Below are positions 38,654 to 49,349 of a stretch of 64,000 nt of DNA, piece by piece. The number at the start of each line of letters is the position of its first letter. Position 1 is the first letter of the stretch. This DNA is from a bacterium (GTDB taxonomy: Bacteria; Patescibacteriota; Doudnabacteria; UBA920; VMFF01). The stretch lies in the NCBI GenBank assembly GCA_021811585.1, contig JAJZOG010000007.1:57459-121458 (forward strand), written 5' to 3'. The position numbers and the translations under genes were made by a program. The notes beneath the pieces were generated by a model. It was not told where the DNA came from. It made no database searches and was given only the letters and a program-made list of their open reading frames with translations.

Positions 38654-38895
38654 GTGAGGCGCATCCGCGAACAAGTAACGGGCTTCTGCCGCGGCCGTTT
38701 AACTTTGGTATTATATCCAAGTGGCTGGTTTTTTTCAATCGCATGTAGAGTTAACACCTGTAGAGTTAACGCATAGCATAAGGTGACACCTGTTAATTTT
38801 GACAGCGGCCAAAAGTTGCCAAGGCCAAGCGCACGCAAGGGCGCCATCGTCCGCTCATATTTAATCTCGCGCTTATCTTTAATCTCTCGCCATTT

Positions 38896-39687
38896 TTAAT
38901 CTCTTGCCAATGTCAGACAAATGATTTCTCGCGCGCCCGCTGAAAATAGTTGTGCGCAGCAGGCCTTCATGGTTGAACCGGTTGTAAAAACATCATCAAT
39001 TAAAATTATTTTTTCCGGCATTGGCTGAGACATCTCTCGAGCCATTTTTTCCGTCTTTTTCTTTGGCACAAAAATTGTTTTCCTTTGCGCGTGTTCGAGG
39101 CATGCAAACGGGGATTTCGCAAGGTTTGCGGCTCTTTGATCCTTGTTTAATTCCGCTTGCGCCGGGGTGTTTGCAATTTTGGAAAGCAGTGGAACAGTGC
39201 TCGCACCAAATTCGGCTGCAATGGTATTTGCCAGAATTTGGGATTGGTTAAACCCCCGAACGTTTTGCCTGCGCGAATGCATGGGCACGAAAGTTATTTG
39301 ATATTTTGGAAAGTTTATGGGGGGATTAACCCGGCATGCAAATTCCGCTAAAATTTTCGCGCAAATTTTTCCTGCTTCGGCAATTTGTTCATATTTGAAA
39401 GCGTGGATGAGTTTGGCGATTGAGGCGTATTCGCAAGCTGATAAAAATCGGCAGGGCGCCGGCGATTGTATTGCCAGGCGGCAGGCCTGATGCGTGAAAC
39501 CGTTTTCGCTTTCCTTGCGGCAGACAAAACAGATTTGCCGCGCAAATTGTATTTCGGCAATGCAAAGCCCGCAAAAAACAGGCCCTTCTGCGCCGCATCT
39601 GGCGCAATGCGAAGGAAAAAGGCAGGAATCCAGCCAATTCCAGGCGCGCTTAAAAACATGCTTTATTTCGGCAATGGTTTCGGACAT
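38896..39687 (-). CDS. comF: ComF family (double zinc ribbon plus PRTase-like) competence protein
   Basis: CARC, CGLC, CFVC; RGFNQS; LIDDVFTTGST. Alternative start at 39699. Confidence 0.9.
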   Translation of the reverse strand: MSETIAEIKHVFKRAWNWLDSCLFPSHCARCGAEGPVFCGLCIAEIQFARQICFVCRKESENGFTHQACRLAIQSPAPCRFLSACEYASIAKLIHAFKYEQIAEAGKICAKILAEFACRVNPPINFPKYQITFVPMHSRRQNVRGFNQSQILANTIAAEFGASTVPLLSKIANTPAQAELNKDQRAANLAKSPFACLEHAQRKTIFVPKKKTEKMAREMSQPMPEKIILIDDVFTTGSTMKACCAQLFSAGAREIICLTLARD

Positions 39688-39797
39688 AAAAAATCCCATA
39701 AGTTTTTACTATTTATACTCTTATGGGATTAAAAAACTGTTAAATTTCGCGGCAAACCTAAATTTTTCGGCAGCGCGTAAATTTTTCGGCAGCGCGG

Positions 39798-42350
39798 TCA
39801 TGCCACGGCTTTTACAACTTTTTTGATATTAATTCCTTTTTTATCGGCATCAATCCTTATGGTGTCGCCGGTTTTAATTTCGCCGGAAATTAATTTTTCA
39901 GCCAAAGGATCTTCCACGTGTTCCTGAATGTTTTTGCGCACCAGCCGCGCTCCTTGCGAAGGGTCAAAACTTTGGTCTGAAACATATTTTACGGCTCCGG
40001 GCGTGTACTGCAGGTTCAGTCCTTGCGCAGAGCGCAAATGCCCTGCCAGTTCGCTGATCTGGAGTTCTGTAATGGATTCAAGTTCTTTCATTCCCAAAGG
40101 CCTGAAGACCAGGGTTTTATCTATTCTATTGATAAATTCAGGGCGGTATTGCTCTTTTAATGATTGTAAAACCCGTTCTTTGATTTTTTCATAGTTTTTC
40201 TCGGTTTTAGCGACTTCTTTTTGATCGCCGTCTGCTTCGGCAAAGCCGATTTTGTTTGCCTGGCGGTTCAAGTCCGAAACACCGAGATTCGAGGTCATGA
40301 TGATTATGGTGTTTTTGAAATTCACTTTTTTGCCGGCAGCATCCGTAAGATAGCCGTCTTCGAGAATTTGCAAAAGCACATTGAAAACGTCCGGATGCGC
40401 TTTTTCCATCTCGTCGAAAAGCACCACTGAGTACGGTTTTCTGCGCACCGCTTCGGTGAGCCGTCCGCCTTCTTCATAGCCGACATATCCCGCGGGCGCA
40501 CCGATTAAGCGGGCGACATTGTGCTTTTCCATGAATTCTGACATGTCCACGCGGATAAGCGCGTTTTCATCTTCAAAAACTTCGCGCGCAAGGACTTTTG
40601 CGGTTTCGGTTTTGCCCACGCCCGTTGGCCCGAGGAAAATGAAAGAGCCCAGCGGCCGCTTTGGCGAAGTGACGCCCGCGCGCGAGCGGCGGATTGATTT
40701 TGCGATCGTGGAAACAACGTCGTCTTGTCCGATAATTTTCGATTTCAATATTTTTTCCAGATTTGCCAGTTTAAGCGCTTCGGTTTTTACCAGCTTGTTC
40801 AGCGGGATTTTTGTAATTGATGAAACTGTTTTGGCAATATCCGCAGCGGCGATTTCGCGTTTTTCCTTGGTATCCGTATAAGCCAGGGTTTTGCGCAAAT
40901 CATTCATTTGCTTTTGCAGCTTGTCGCCTTGGATGCGCAGATGGTCTGCGGTTATGAAATCCTGGGAAAGGACTGCTTTGGTTTTCTCGTCTTCCAAATC
41001 CGACATTTCCTGCTCAATCCTCTTGATTGTGCGCGATGTTTTGGAATCGTAATTGATTGTTTTAAGATATGCCGCGGTCTCGTCTATTAAATCCACCGCT
41101 TTGTCCGGCAAAAACCTGTCTTGAATATATCTTGCGGAAAGTTCAACCGCTGCTTTTATGGCTTCGTCGGAGATTTTAATTTTATGGTGCTTTTCGTAAT
41201 TCGGGCGCAGGCCTTGCAGAATGGCAACAGCTTCCTCCTGCGTTGGTTCTTCAACTATAATGGGCTGAAAACGGCGTTCCAGTGCCGCATCGTGCTCAAT
41301 GTGTTTTTTGTATTCCGCCAAAGTTGTTGCGCCGATTGCGCGGAGTTCGCCGCGCGCCAACGACGGCTTCAGAATATTGGCGGCATCCAAAGAGCCGGTT
41401 GTGGCTCCGGCGCCGACCACAGTATGCAATTCGTCTATAAAGAGGATTATTTTGGGATTGTCTTTTATTTCGTCTATGATTTGCTTCAGGCGGCTTTCGA
41501 ATTCTCCGCGGAACATTGAGCCGGCGACAATCAGCGCCAAATCCAATGCCAGGATTTTTTTATCCAAAAGCGATTCCGGCACTTCATGCTTGACGATTGC
41601 CAAGGCAAGCCCTTCCACGATCGCTGTTTTGCCAACGCCAGGTTCGCCGATCAGCACCGGATTGTTTTTCGTGCGCCTGTTTAAAATGCTTATCATCCTT
41701 TCCAGTTCTTTTTTTCTGCCGATAACAGGATCTATTTTCCCCGCTGCCGCGCGCTTGGTTAAATCGGTTGTGAAATAATCCAGGGCAGAGGTCTTAAAAC
41801 CAGCGCCGCCGGGCATGCGCTCTTCCTGCTGGAAATTGTTGAAATTGCCGCGCCCTGTCGGTGCCATTCCGTTTTCATCCATAAGGTTCGGGAACCTTGC
41901 CATGTTTTCAAACACTGCTGTTAAATTATTTTTAAGCCCTATCATATCAATGCCAAGCTTTGAGAGGATGACTTTGGCGCGATTGGTATTCATGTCCAGG
42001 ATGCCGTGCAGGAAATGCTCTGTGCCGATAAATTGGTATTGGTATTTGCTGGCAATGACAGCGGATTTTTCTATGGTTTGCTTGAGGTTTTCCGAAAGCA
42101 CGGGTTTCCAGCGCTCGGCAATGTGGTTTTGGTTCACTTTTTCGAGCTCGTCGCGCATGATGTTTAAATTTATATTATTTTTGAGCAGCACCTCAGCCGC
42201 AAAAGAGCTTTTTTCTGATATAATTCCATAGAGTAGGTGCTCTGTGCCGATATGGTCGTGCTTTAATTGTTCGGAAATAAGCTGCGCCGAAATTAGCGCG
42301 TTTTTCGCGCGGGTTGACAGCCGTTCTAGAATGAAAGCGAAATTGTTCAT
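39798..42350 (-). CDS. clpC: ATP-dependent Clp protease ATPase subunit ClpC
   Basis: Clp N repeats, GEPGVGKT, GPTGVGKT, RLIGAPAGYVGY, IGF ClpP-binding loop, UVR-like middle domain. Confidence 0.93.
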   Translation of the reverse strand: MNNFAFILERLSTRAKNALISAQLISEQLKHDHIGTEHLLYGIISEKSSFAAEVLLKNNINLNIMRDELEKVNQNHIAERWKPVLSENLKQTIEKSAVIASKYQYQFIGTEHFLHGILDMNTNRAKVILSKLGIDMIGLKNNLTAVFENMARFPNLMDENGMAPTGRGNFNNFQQEERMPGGAGFKTSALDYFTTDLTKRAAAGKIDPVIGRKKELERMISILNRRTKNNPVLIGEPGVGKTAIVEGLALAIVKHEVPESLLDKKILALDLALIVAGSMFRGEFESRLKQIIDEIKDNPKIILFIDELHTVVGAGATTGSLDAANILKPSLARGELRAIGATTLAEYKKHIEHDAALERRFQPIIVEEPTQEEAVAILQGLRPNYEKHHKIKISDEAIKAAVELSARYIQDRFLPDKAVDLIDETAAYLKTINYDSKTSRTIKRIEQEMSDLEDEKTKAVLSQDFITADHLRIQGDKLQKQMNDLRKTLAYTDTKEKREIAAADIAKTVSSITKIPLNKLVKTEALKLANLEKILKSKIIGQDDVVSTIAKSIRRSRAGVTSPKRPLGSFIFLGPTGVGKTETAKVLAREVFEDENALIRVDMSEFMEKHNVARLIGAPAGYVGYEEGGRLTEAVRRKPYSVVLFDEMEKAHPDVFNVLLQILEDGYLTDAAGKKVNFKNTIIIMTSNLGVSDLNRQANKIGFAEADGDQKEVAKTEKNYEKIKERVLQSLKEQYRPEFINRIDKTLVFRPLGMKELESITELQISELAGHLRSAQGLNLQYTPGAVKYVSDQSFDPSQGARLVRKNIQEHVEDPLAEKLISGEIKTGDTIRIDADKKGINIKKVVKAVA

Positions 42351-42456
42351 TTGTGATTTGGCAGTTATGGTTTATGAGTTCGTTTTTTTGCGCCCTCAAT
42401 TAATATAATTATAATGAATTTTATACCGAAGCCAGGCGGCTGTCAAAGGCAAAACC

Positions 42457-43017
42457 ATGCCGAAAATTAAAAAATTTAAAGGAAAGTTAAGAAATATTTC
42501 ATGCCAGGATTATGCATTGCGTTTGGTGTCTGAAAGGATGCTTGGCAGCGGCAATTTATCCGAAAAATTGAAGCGAAAAGGGTATGCCGAGGATGAAATT
42601 TTGGCGGTAGTTAACAGGTTAACAGAATTGGGTTATTTGGATGATCGGCAGTATGCACAAATTTATTTTGAAAATCTGCTGAAATATAGAAATTTTGGAT
42701 ACTATGGTGTAAAAAAGAAATTGTTGCAAAAGCGGCTGCCGGCTTTGCTTGTGGACGAGCTTTTGCGCGGCTTTTCTATTGCGCGCGAATTGCAAATCGC
42801 GCGGCGGGTATTTGAGGCCTCGCGCTTGGGCGCTTCGGGTGCTTCGGGAGCTTCGGGCGCTTCGTATTTGCGCGGCGCACGCGGCCGCGGAGCTTTTGGT
42901 GCTGCCGGTTCTTCCGGTTCTTCCGCTGTTTTGCGGCAAGAAAAAACCGCGAGATCTTTGCGTTCGCGCGGCTTCAGGAGCGAGGTGATCGTAAAAATTC
43001 TATCCCAAATCCATTGA
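42457..43017 (+). CDS. recX: Regulatory protein RecX
   Basis: KLKRKGY, LGYLDDRQYA, LRSRGF; carries a GAS-repeat insertion. Confidence 0.85.
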   Translation: MPKIKKFKGKLRNISCQDYALRLVSERMLGSGNLSEKLKRKGYAEDEILAVVNRLTELGYLDDRQYAQIYFENLLKYRNFGYYGVKKKLLQKRLPALLVDELLRGFSIARELQIARRVFEASRLGASGASGASGASYLRGARGRGAFGAAGSSGSSAVLRQEKTARSLRSRGFRSEVIVKILSQIH

Positions 43018-43971
43018 GCGCAGGCGCCTTATTCTTTCTTCTATCGGCGGGTGCGTATCAAAAAGCCCGGCGAAAATTCCGCGCGATTTTCCCGCGCGGT
43101 CCTGGAGCGGGTTGGATATGTATAAATGGGCTGTTGCTTTGTTGGCTTCGCGGAGCGGCATTTGGTTTGCTTGAATTTTTTCAAGCGCCGAGGCCAGGCC
43201 TTCGGGATAGCGCGTAAGCAGTGCGCCGGATGCGTCGGCCAAATATTCGCGCTTGCGCGAGATGGCCAGCTGTATGATCGTGGCGATAATGGGCGAGAGG
43301 ATTGCCAGCGCGATTCCGATTATCAGGAAAATAATTTGTATTTGCCCGCCTTCGCCGTCATTGGAGCGCCTTGCGCCGCCGAAAAAAGTGAAGCGCAAAA
43401 ACCAATCGGCAAGCAAAGTTATGAGCCCCGCAAGCACGACGATAATTGTGGAAAGGCGGATATCGTAATTTCCGACGTGCGACATTTCGTGGGCAATAAC
43501 TCCTTCCAATTCTTGTTTGTTGGTGTTTGCAAGTAGGCCCGATGTCACGCAGATTACGGCATGATTCGGATCGCGCCCGGTTGCAAAGGCGTTCATGGCG
43601 CGGTCTTCTATTATATATATGGATGGCGTCGGCAGGCCCGCGGTGATGGCAAGGTTTTCAACTGTCCTGTAAAGTTCCTGGTTGGCTTCGCGCGTCACCG
43701 GTTTTGCTTGCGAAATCGCAAGCGTGATTTTGTCGCTGTAAAAATAGCTTAAAAGCGCGGTAATGACGCTGAAGAGAACCGCGAAAACCAAAATGCCGGG
43801 ATTGTTAAGCGCCACATTGAAAAAATATCCGAGCGCGATTATAAAAACCAAAAATAAAGTTATAAAAAGCGCTGTCTTGCGCTTGTTCGAAGCAATCTCA
43901 GTATAAATGAGCATTGATTTTACAACCCTGTTGAATTTTGGCTGCTGCTGCGGTTGGGGATTGGTTTCCAT
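43000..43971 (-). CDS. htpX: M48 zinc metalloprotease HtpX
   Basis: NAFATG, HEMSH, REYLAD, THPP; downstream of lemA. Confidence 0.92.
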   Translation of the reverse strand: METNPQPQQQPKFNRVVKSMLIYTEIASNKRKTALFITLFLVFIIALGYFFNVALNNPGILVFAVLFSVITALLSYFYSDKITLAISQAKPVTREANQELYRTVENLAITAGLPTPSIYIIEDRAMNAFATGRDPNHAVICVTSGLLANTNKQELEGVIAHEMSHVGNYDIRLSTIIVVLAGLITLLADWFLRFTFFGGARRSNDGEGGQIQIIFLIIGIALAILSPIIATIIQLAISRKREYLADASGALLTRYPEGLASALEKIQANQMPLREANKATAHLYISNPLQDRAGKSRGIFAGLFDTHPPIEERIRRLRSMDLG

Positions 43972-44007
43972 GGCTTAAAATTAACTTGGGTTTAAATTAG
44001 TTTTACC

Positions 44008-44550
44008 TTAAAAACTAACTTGCGGCACGGCTTTATCGGTTTCTTCGGTTCCAAAAAAATCGCGCTTGCCAAAACCGAGCATTTTGGCAATCACATTTCC
44101 CGGGAATTCCTGAATTTTAATATTATAATCGCGCGCGTTGCTGTTATAAAATCTGCGCGCCGCCTGGATTTTATCTTCCGTATCGGTAAGATCGCTTTGC
44201 AGCTGTTGAAAATTTTGGCTCGCTTTTAATTCCGGATAATTTTCCGCGACAGCAAAAATTCCCATTATTGATTTGCTGAGGTTGTCTTCGGCCTTTTGTT
44301 TTGCGGCCAGGCCCTGTGCGGCTTCTGCCTGCGCCCGCGCTTCGGTAACGTTTTGGAAAACGGTTTTTTCATGGGTCGCGTATCCTTGAACGGTTGCTAC
44401 GAGGTTCGGTATAAGATCGTGCCTGCGCTTAAGCTGGACATCAATATCGCTCCAGGCCTCATCCACGCGGTTTTTGGATTTAACCAAAGAATTGAACAGC
44501 CCTATTGCCAGCAGCAGTATTACGGCGATTATTATTATGGTTATGAGCAT
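44008..44550 (-). CDS. lemA: LemA family protein
   Basis: IDVQLKRRHDLIPNLV, AENYPELKA, ARRFYN. Confidence 0.95.
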   Translation of the reverse strand: MLITIIIIAVILLLAIGLFNSLVKSKNRVDEAWSDIDVQLKRRHDLIPNLVATVQGYATHEKTVFQNVTEARAQAEAAQGLAAKQKAEDNLSKSIMGIFAVAENYPELKASQNFQQLQSDLTDTEDKIQAARRFYNSNARDYNIKIQEFPGNVIAKMLGFGKRDFFGTEETDKAVPQVSF

Positions 44551-44658
44551 TGTTTTCCTTTTCAGCCGGCTTGGCGCCTGAACAAATATGCCTTTTGCCG
44601 ATCTTTATTTTTTAAGTCCTTTATATTATAATACCAATAGAAATATTTTGAAAGAATC

Positions 44659-44940
44659 ATGTTGACCAGAGATGAAGTCAAAAAAATCGCCCGCCTTTGC
44701 AGAATAGAGCTTTCGCCCGCGGAAATAGAAAAGTTCCAAAAGGAACTTTCTGTTATTTTGGATTACGTTTCAGAGCTGAAGAAAGTTGAAACATCCGGCG
44801 TTGTCGAAATTTCGCAGGTCACGGGTTTGGAAAACGTCCTGCGCGAGGATGCGCCGCGCTATTCGGATTTGCGGCAGGCGATTATCGCGAATTTCCCGGA
44901 AAGCCGCGAAGGGTTTTTGAAAATTAGGAATATTTTATAG
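44659..44940 (+). CDS. gatC: Asp/Glu-tRNA amidotransferase subunit C
   Basis: EVKKIARLCRI, LRED; first gene of gatCAB. Confidence 0.93.
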   Translation: MLTRDEVKKIARLCRIELSPAEIEKFQKELSVILDYVSELKKVETSGVVEISQVTGLENVLREDAPRYSDLRQAIIANFPESREGFLKIRNIL

Positions 44941-44952
44941 GTTTTACGCAAC

Positions 44953-46494
44953 ATGGACGCATCTTTTTCGGAAATATCCGAACTTCATGAAAAATTAAAG
45001 AACAAGGAAATATCTTCGGTAGAATTGACGGAGTATTTTTTGCAGAGAATCAAGAAGCATAATCCGCAAATTAATGCGTACTTAACCGTCACCGAAGACG
45101 CCGCGCTTGAAGAGGCGAAAGAAGCGGATAAAATTATCGCGCGCAGGGGAAAAATTTCGGTTTTTACGGGCATCCCTTTTGGCATAAAGGATTTGTTTTG
45201 CACGAAAGGAATCCGCACCACAGCATCGTCAAAAATTTTGGAAAATTATGTTCCGCCTTTTGACGCCACATCTGTGCAAAAAATGCGCGCCGAAAATGCG
45301 ATTATACTCGGCAAAACAAACCTCGATGAATTCGCGCACGGATCTTCCACCGAGACCTCGGCGTTCGGCGAGAGCAAAAATCCGTGGGACACCTCGCGCA
45401 TACCCGGCGGCTCGTCCGGGGGCTCTGCGGCAGCGGTTGCCGCCGGCCTTGCCCCATTGGCATTGGCCACGGAAACCGGCGGTTCAATCCGACAGCCATC
45501 CAGCTTGTGCGGGGTTTCGGGCTGGAAGCCGACTTACGGGCGTGTCTCGCGCTATGGCGTAATTTCGATGACATCGTCGAATGACAGCATCGGCGCAATC
45601 GGCAGAAGCGTCCGCGATTTGGCGCTCACGGCGGAAGTGATGTCCGGCCGCGATGAAAAAGACGCCACAACAGGCAACCGCGAAGTGCCGCAATACAGCG
45701 CGAATTTGCGTACGAATTTGAAAGGCATGAAAATTGGCGTACCCGCGGAATATTTTATCGACGGCATGGAGGATGACGTGAAAAAGCGCGTCCTGGACGC
45801 AATTGAAGAATTGCGCAAGCTGGGCGCGGAAATTATTGATGTTTCGCTGCCGCTCACAAAATACGGCTCGCTTGTTTATGCGATTGTCACGCCTTCGGAA
45901 ATCTCATCGAACCTTTCGCGCTTTGACGGCATCCGCTATGGGCACCAGGCGAAAGATGCGCGCGATCTCGCGGAAATTTATTCGAAAACCCGCGCTCAGG
46001 GCTTTGGCGATGAAGCCAAGCGCCGCATCATGACAGGGACGTATGCGCTTTCAGCCGGCTACTACGAAGCATATTATTTGAAAGCGCAGAAAGTGCGCCG
46101 GCTGCTGGTGGATGAATTTAATAATGTTTTTGAAAAAGTCGATTGCCTGGTTTGCGCGTCTTCCCCGAATGTCGCGCCAAAAATTGGCGCCGCGAAAGAT
46201 AATCCGCTTTTCGGATATATTGCAGATCAGCTGAATATTCCCGCGGCAATGGCAGGCCTGCCTGCGCTTAGCGTGCCGTGCGGGTTTGGTGCCGCGCGTG
46301 ACGGCGCGGATGGCGGAGCTTCCTCTTCTGTTGCCGGCGTGCAGATGCCCGTTGGCCTGCAGATAATCGGCCCGCAATGGGGCGAGCAGAAAATTTTTGA
46401 TGCCGGCCACGCTTATCAAACAGTAACGGATTGGCACAAGAAAATGCCTCCGGATTTTGTCCCGGCTTCTCCGTTGCCGGGTAAAAGGAAATAA
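44953..46494 (+). CDS. gatA: Asp/Glu-tRNA amidotransferase subunit A
   Basis: Amidase signature GGSSGGS, TGGSIRQP, RFDGIRYG. Confidence 0.96.
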   Translation: MDASFSEISELHEKLKNKEISSVELTEYFLQRIKKHNPQINAYLTVTEDAALEEAKEADKIIARRGKISVFTGIPFGIKDLFCTKGIRTTASSKILENYVPPFDATSVQKMRAENAIILGKTNLDEFAHGSSTETSAFGESKNPWDTSRIPGGSSGGSAAAVAAGLAPLALATETGGSIRQPSSLCGVSGWKPTYGRVSRYGVISMTSSNDSIGAIGRSVRDLALTAEVMSGRDEKDATTGNREVPQYSANLRTNLKGMKIGVPAEYFIDGMEDDVKKRVLDAIEELRKLGAEIIDVSLPLTKYGSLVYAIVTPSEISSNLSRFDGIRYGHQAKDARDLAEIYSKTRAQGFGDEAKRRIMTGTYALSAGYYEAYYLKAQKVRRLLVDEFNNVFEKVDCLVCASSPNVAPKIGAAKDNPLFGYIADQLNIPAAMAGLPALSVPCGFGAARDGADGGASSSVAGVQMPVGLQIIGPQWGEQKIFDAGHAYQTVTDWHKKMPPDFVPASPLPGKRK

Positions 46495-46495
46495 T

Positions 46496-47998
46496 ATGGC
46501 GGAAAATTTAAAACCATCAAGCGGATATGCTCCGGTCATCGGCCTTGAAATTCACGTCCAGCTTAAAACTAAAAGCAAAATGTTCTGCGATTCGCCGAAC
46601 AATCCGGATGAAACCGCGCCGAACAAAAATATTTGCGAAATTTGCACCGGCCAGCCGGGCACTTTGCCTGTGGCAAACCGGGAGGCCGTGCGCCTTGCGG
46701 TAATTGTCGGCCAGGCGCTGAATTGCCGGATTGAGGAGTATTCCAAATTCGACCGCAAAAATTATTTTTATCCCGATTTGCCGAAAGGATACCAGATTTC
46801 CCAATACGACCGGCCGATCGCGCAAAACGGATATTTGGATATTGAAGTGCCTGGCGAAAACGGCGGGAGCGCAAGCAAGCGCATCCGCATCCGCCGCGCG
46901 CATCTTGAAGAAGATGCGGGAAAAAATATCCATCCCGAAGGCGCGGATTATTCGCTTGTGGATTTCAACCGCGCCGGCACGCCGCTTTTGGAAATCGTCA
47001 CCGAGCCGGACATTGCATCCGCAAAAGAAGCGAAAATATTTTTACAGGAATTGCGCAATATTATCCGCTATATCGGCGCAGGCAGCGCGGACATGGAAAA
47101 AGGAACAATGCGCCTGGAGCCGAACATTTCCGTGCGCAAACCCGGCCAGCTGGAACTGCCCGCATATAAAGTGGAGGTCAAGAACATCAATTCCTTCCGC
47201 TTTGCGGAAAGCGCCATTGAATATGAAATTGCCCGCCAGGCGGAAATTTTAAAAGAAGGCGGCATGCCCAAGCAGGTGACAATGGGCTGGAACGAAAAAG
47301 CGGGGCAGACAATGGAACAGCGCGAGAAAGAAGAGGCGAATGATTACCGCTATTTTCCGGAGCCGGATTTGCCTATTCTGCATTTCTCGAAAGAATATCT
47401 GGAAGAAGCCCTTGCAAGCATTCCGGAATTGCCGGCGCAAAAGCGCGCGCGCTTCAAAAGGGAATACGGATTGCCGGATGCCGACATCCGCAATTTAACG
47501 GAGTGGAAAGAATTGACGGAATTTTTTGAGGAAGCCATTTCGGAATTGGATGAATTAGCCGGCAAGGCGCTTCCTTTAAAATTCGCGAAAATGGCGGCAA
47601 ACTGGTGCCTTCAGGATTTTTCCGCGCTTCTTAACGCCGCGAAAATAAATCCGTTGGAATCAAAAGTTACGCCGCATAATTTCGCGGAGCTTATCAAATT
47701 AATAGAGCAGTCCAAAATAAGCGCCACAGCAGGCAAGCAGGTTTTGGCGAAAATGTTTGAGTTGGGCGGCGAACCTTCGCGCATCATGGAAGATTTGGGG
47801 CTTGCGCAAGTGAGCGACGCCGCAGTGATAGAACAAGCAATTAATAAGGTGGTTTCCGAGAACGCCAAAGCAGTTGCCGATTACAAAGCAGGCCTCCAAA
47901 AATCTTTCGGGTTTTTAGTGGGCATGGCCATGAAAGAGCTTAAGGGCAAAGGCAACCCGCAGGTAGTCAATGATCTGTTAAAGAAAAAGTTGGAATAA
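46496..47998 (+). CDS. gatB: Asp/Glu-tRNA amidotransferase subunit B
   Basis: IGLEIHVQL, RKNYFYPDLPKGYQISQ, DYRYFPEPDL. Confidence 0.96.
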   Translation: MAENLKPSSGYAPVIGLEIHVQLKTKSKMFCDSPNNPDETAPNKNICEICTGQPGTLPVANREAVRLAVIVGQALNCRIEEYSKFDRKNYFYPDLPKGYQISQYDRPIAQNGYLDIEVPGENGGSASKRIRIRRAHLEEDAGKNIHPEGADYSLVDFNRAGTPLLEIVTEPDIASAKEAKIFLQELRNIIRYIGAGSADMEKGTMRLEPNISVRKPGQLELPAYKVEVKNINSFRFAESAIEYEIARQAEILKEGGMPKQVTMGWNEKAGQTMEQREKEEANDYRYFPEPDLPILHFSKEYLEEALASIPELPAQKRARFKREYGLPDADIRNLTEWKELTEFFEEAISELDELAGKALPLKFAKMAANWCLQDFSALLNAAKINPLESKVTPHNFAELIKLIEQSKISATAGKQVLAKMFELGGEPSRIMEDLGLAQVSDAAVIEQAINKVVSENAKAVADYKAGLQKSFGFLVGMAMKELKGKGNPQVVNDLLKKKLE

Positions 47999-48028
47999 AA
48001 TTTGGAATAATAATTAAGAATAAAAAAT

Positions 48029-48415
48029 ATGCCATTGAATTTGGAAGGAAGATTTAGCGGTTTGAAGGATCCCGAAAGGGAGCGCGCCGCGAACGAACAG
48101 CTTAAAGCCGACCGCGAGCTGGAAAAACATCCCGAGCTTTTGCAATCAGCGGAAGAATTTAAAACATCTTTTTTGTACGATATGGATAAAAGATTTTTTT
48201 ATCCCGCAGAAGGGGAGGATGCTCCCGCGCGTTCCGCTTTCGCAACCAAAGCCGCTGATTTTATCCAGGCAAGCCCTTATTGGCAAACGCGCAGGGCTGA
48301 TGTCGAACAAGCCCTTTTCGCGGAATCCGAGCACGCGAGCACAACGGGCAATATAAAGAGGAAGGAATTTATAGACCAATTGGCGGCGCGCCTGCCTAAA
48401 AAAGAAAACTTTTAA
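48029..48415 (+). CDS. Hypothetical protein
   Basis: 128-aa charged helical ORF co-oriented after gatB. Confidence 0.6.
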   Translation: MPLNLEGRFSGLKDPERERAANEQLKADRELEKHPELLQSAEEFKTSFLYDMDKRFFYPAEGEDAPARSAFATKAADFIQASPYWQTRRADVEQALFAESEHASTTGNIKRKEFIDQLAARLPKKENF

Positions 48416-49349
48416 CAAGTTTTTCGGCTTTTCCAAAAGCCGATTTTTTTTTGCGCGCGTCCAGCCAATTGATGGCTTGATTCCTTTTCAGCCATGTTTT
48501 TTGCCTTCCGGCATAATGTTTTATTGCCGTGAAAAGCAATTCGCGCATTTGTGCCGCGCCGATTTTGCCGCGCAGGAATTGCGCAATAAATTTATATTCC
48601 AGGCCGAAATTTTCCAAAGTTTTCCAGGAGACGCCGCGCGCGTGCAAGCGCCGGACTTCGTTCGCCATTCCGCGCGCGAAACGGCTTTCCATGCGCGAAC
48701 GTATTTTTTTTTCCAATATTTTTTTCGGCATGTCCAAGCCAATGAACAGCGTGCGGTAAACCGGCTTGCTTTTTTTGCTGATGTCCAGGAATTGCAAGCC
48801 GCTTTCGGCAATTTCAATGGCGCGGATCAGCCGCCTCCGGTTTTTTGCGTCAATTTTTTTTGCCCGCAGAGGATCCATGCGGCGGAGCATTTCATGAAGC
48901 GTTTGCGCCGAAAATTTTTCCAGTTTTTTTCGGAGCGCCGGGTTTGGTTTTACGTCCGGAAAATTTTGGTTGAATGCCAGGGCATCCACCCAAAAACCCG
49001 TGCCGCCGGCGATTATCGGCACTTTTTCTCGCCCAAGAATATCAGAAATCGCTTTTTCGGCGCGCTTTTTAAATTTTATAATGTTGAAGTTTGCGGTTTT
49101 CGGGCTGGCAACATCGAGCAAATAATGCCTGATTCCGCGCATTTCTTTGCGCGAAAATTTTCCGGTGCCAATATTCATGCCCTTGTAAACTTGCCGCGAA
49201 TCGGCGGAAATTATTTCACCGCCGAATTTTTTTGCCAAATGCACTGCAAGCTCGGATTTTCCGGTTGCCGTGGGCCCGACAACCGCAATAATTTTCGGCT
49301 TGGCTTCGGCTCCGGCTTTTTTATTTCCGCTTTTTGATTTCTTCATCAA
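48396..49349 (-). CDS. miaA: tRNA dimethylallyltransferase
   Basis: GPTATGKS, SADSRQVY, GGTGFW, RQKTW. Confidence 0.95.
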   Translation of the reverse strand: MMKKSKSGNKKAGAEAKPKIIAVVGPTATGKSELAVHLAKKFGGEIISADSRQVYKGMNIGTGKFSRKEMRGIRHYLLDVASPKTANFNIIKFKKRAEKAISDILGREKVPIIAGGTGFWVDALAFNQNFPDVKPNPALRKKLEKFSAQTLHEMLRRMDPLRAKKIDAKNRRRLIRAIEIAESGLQFLDISKKSKPVYRTLFIGLDMPKKILEKKIRSRMESRFARGMANEVRRLHARGVSWKTLENFGLEYKFIAQFLRGKIGAAQMRELLFTAIKHYAGRQKTWLKRNQAINWLDARKKKSAFGKAEKLVKSFLF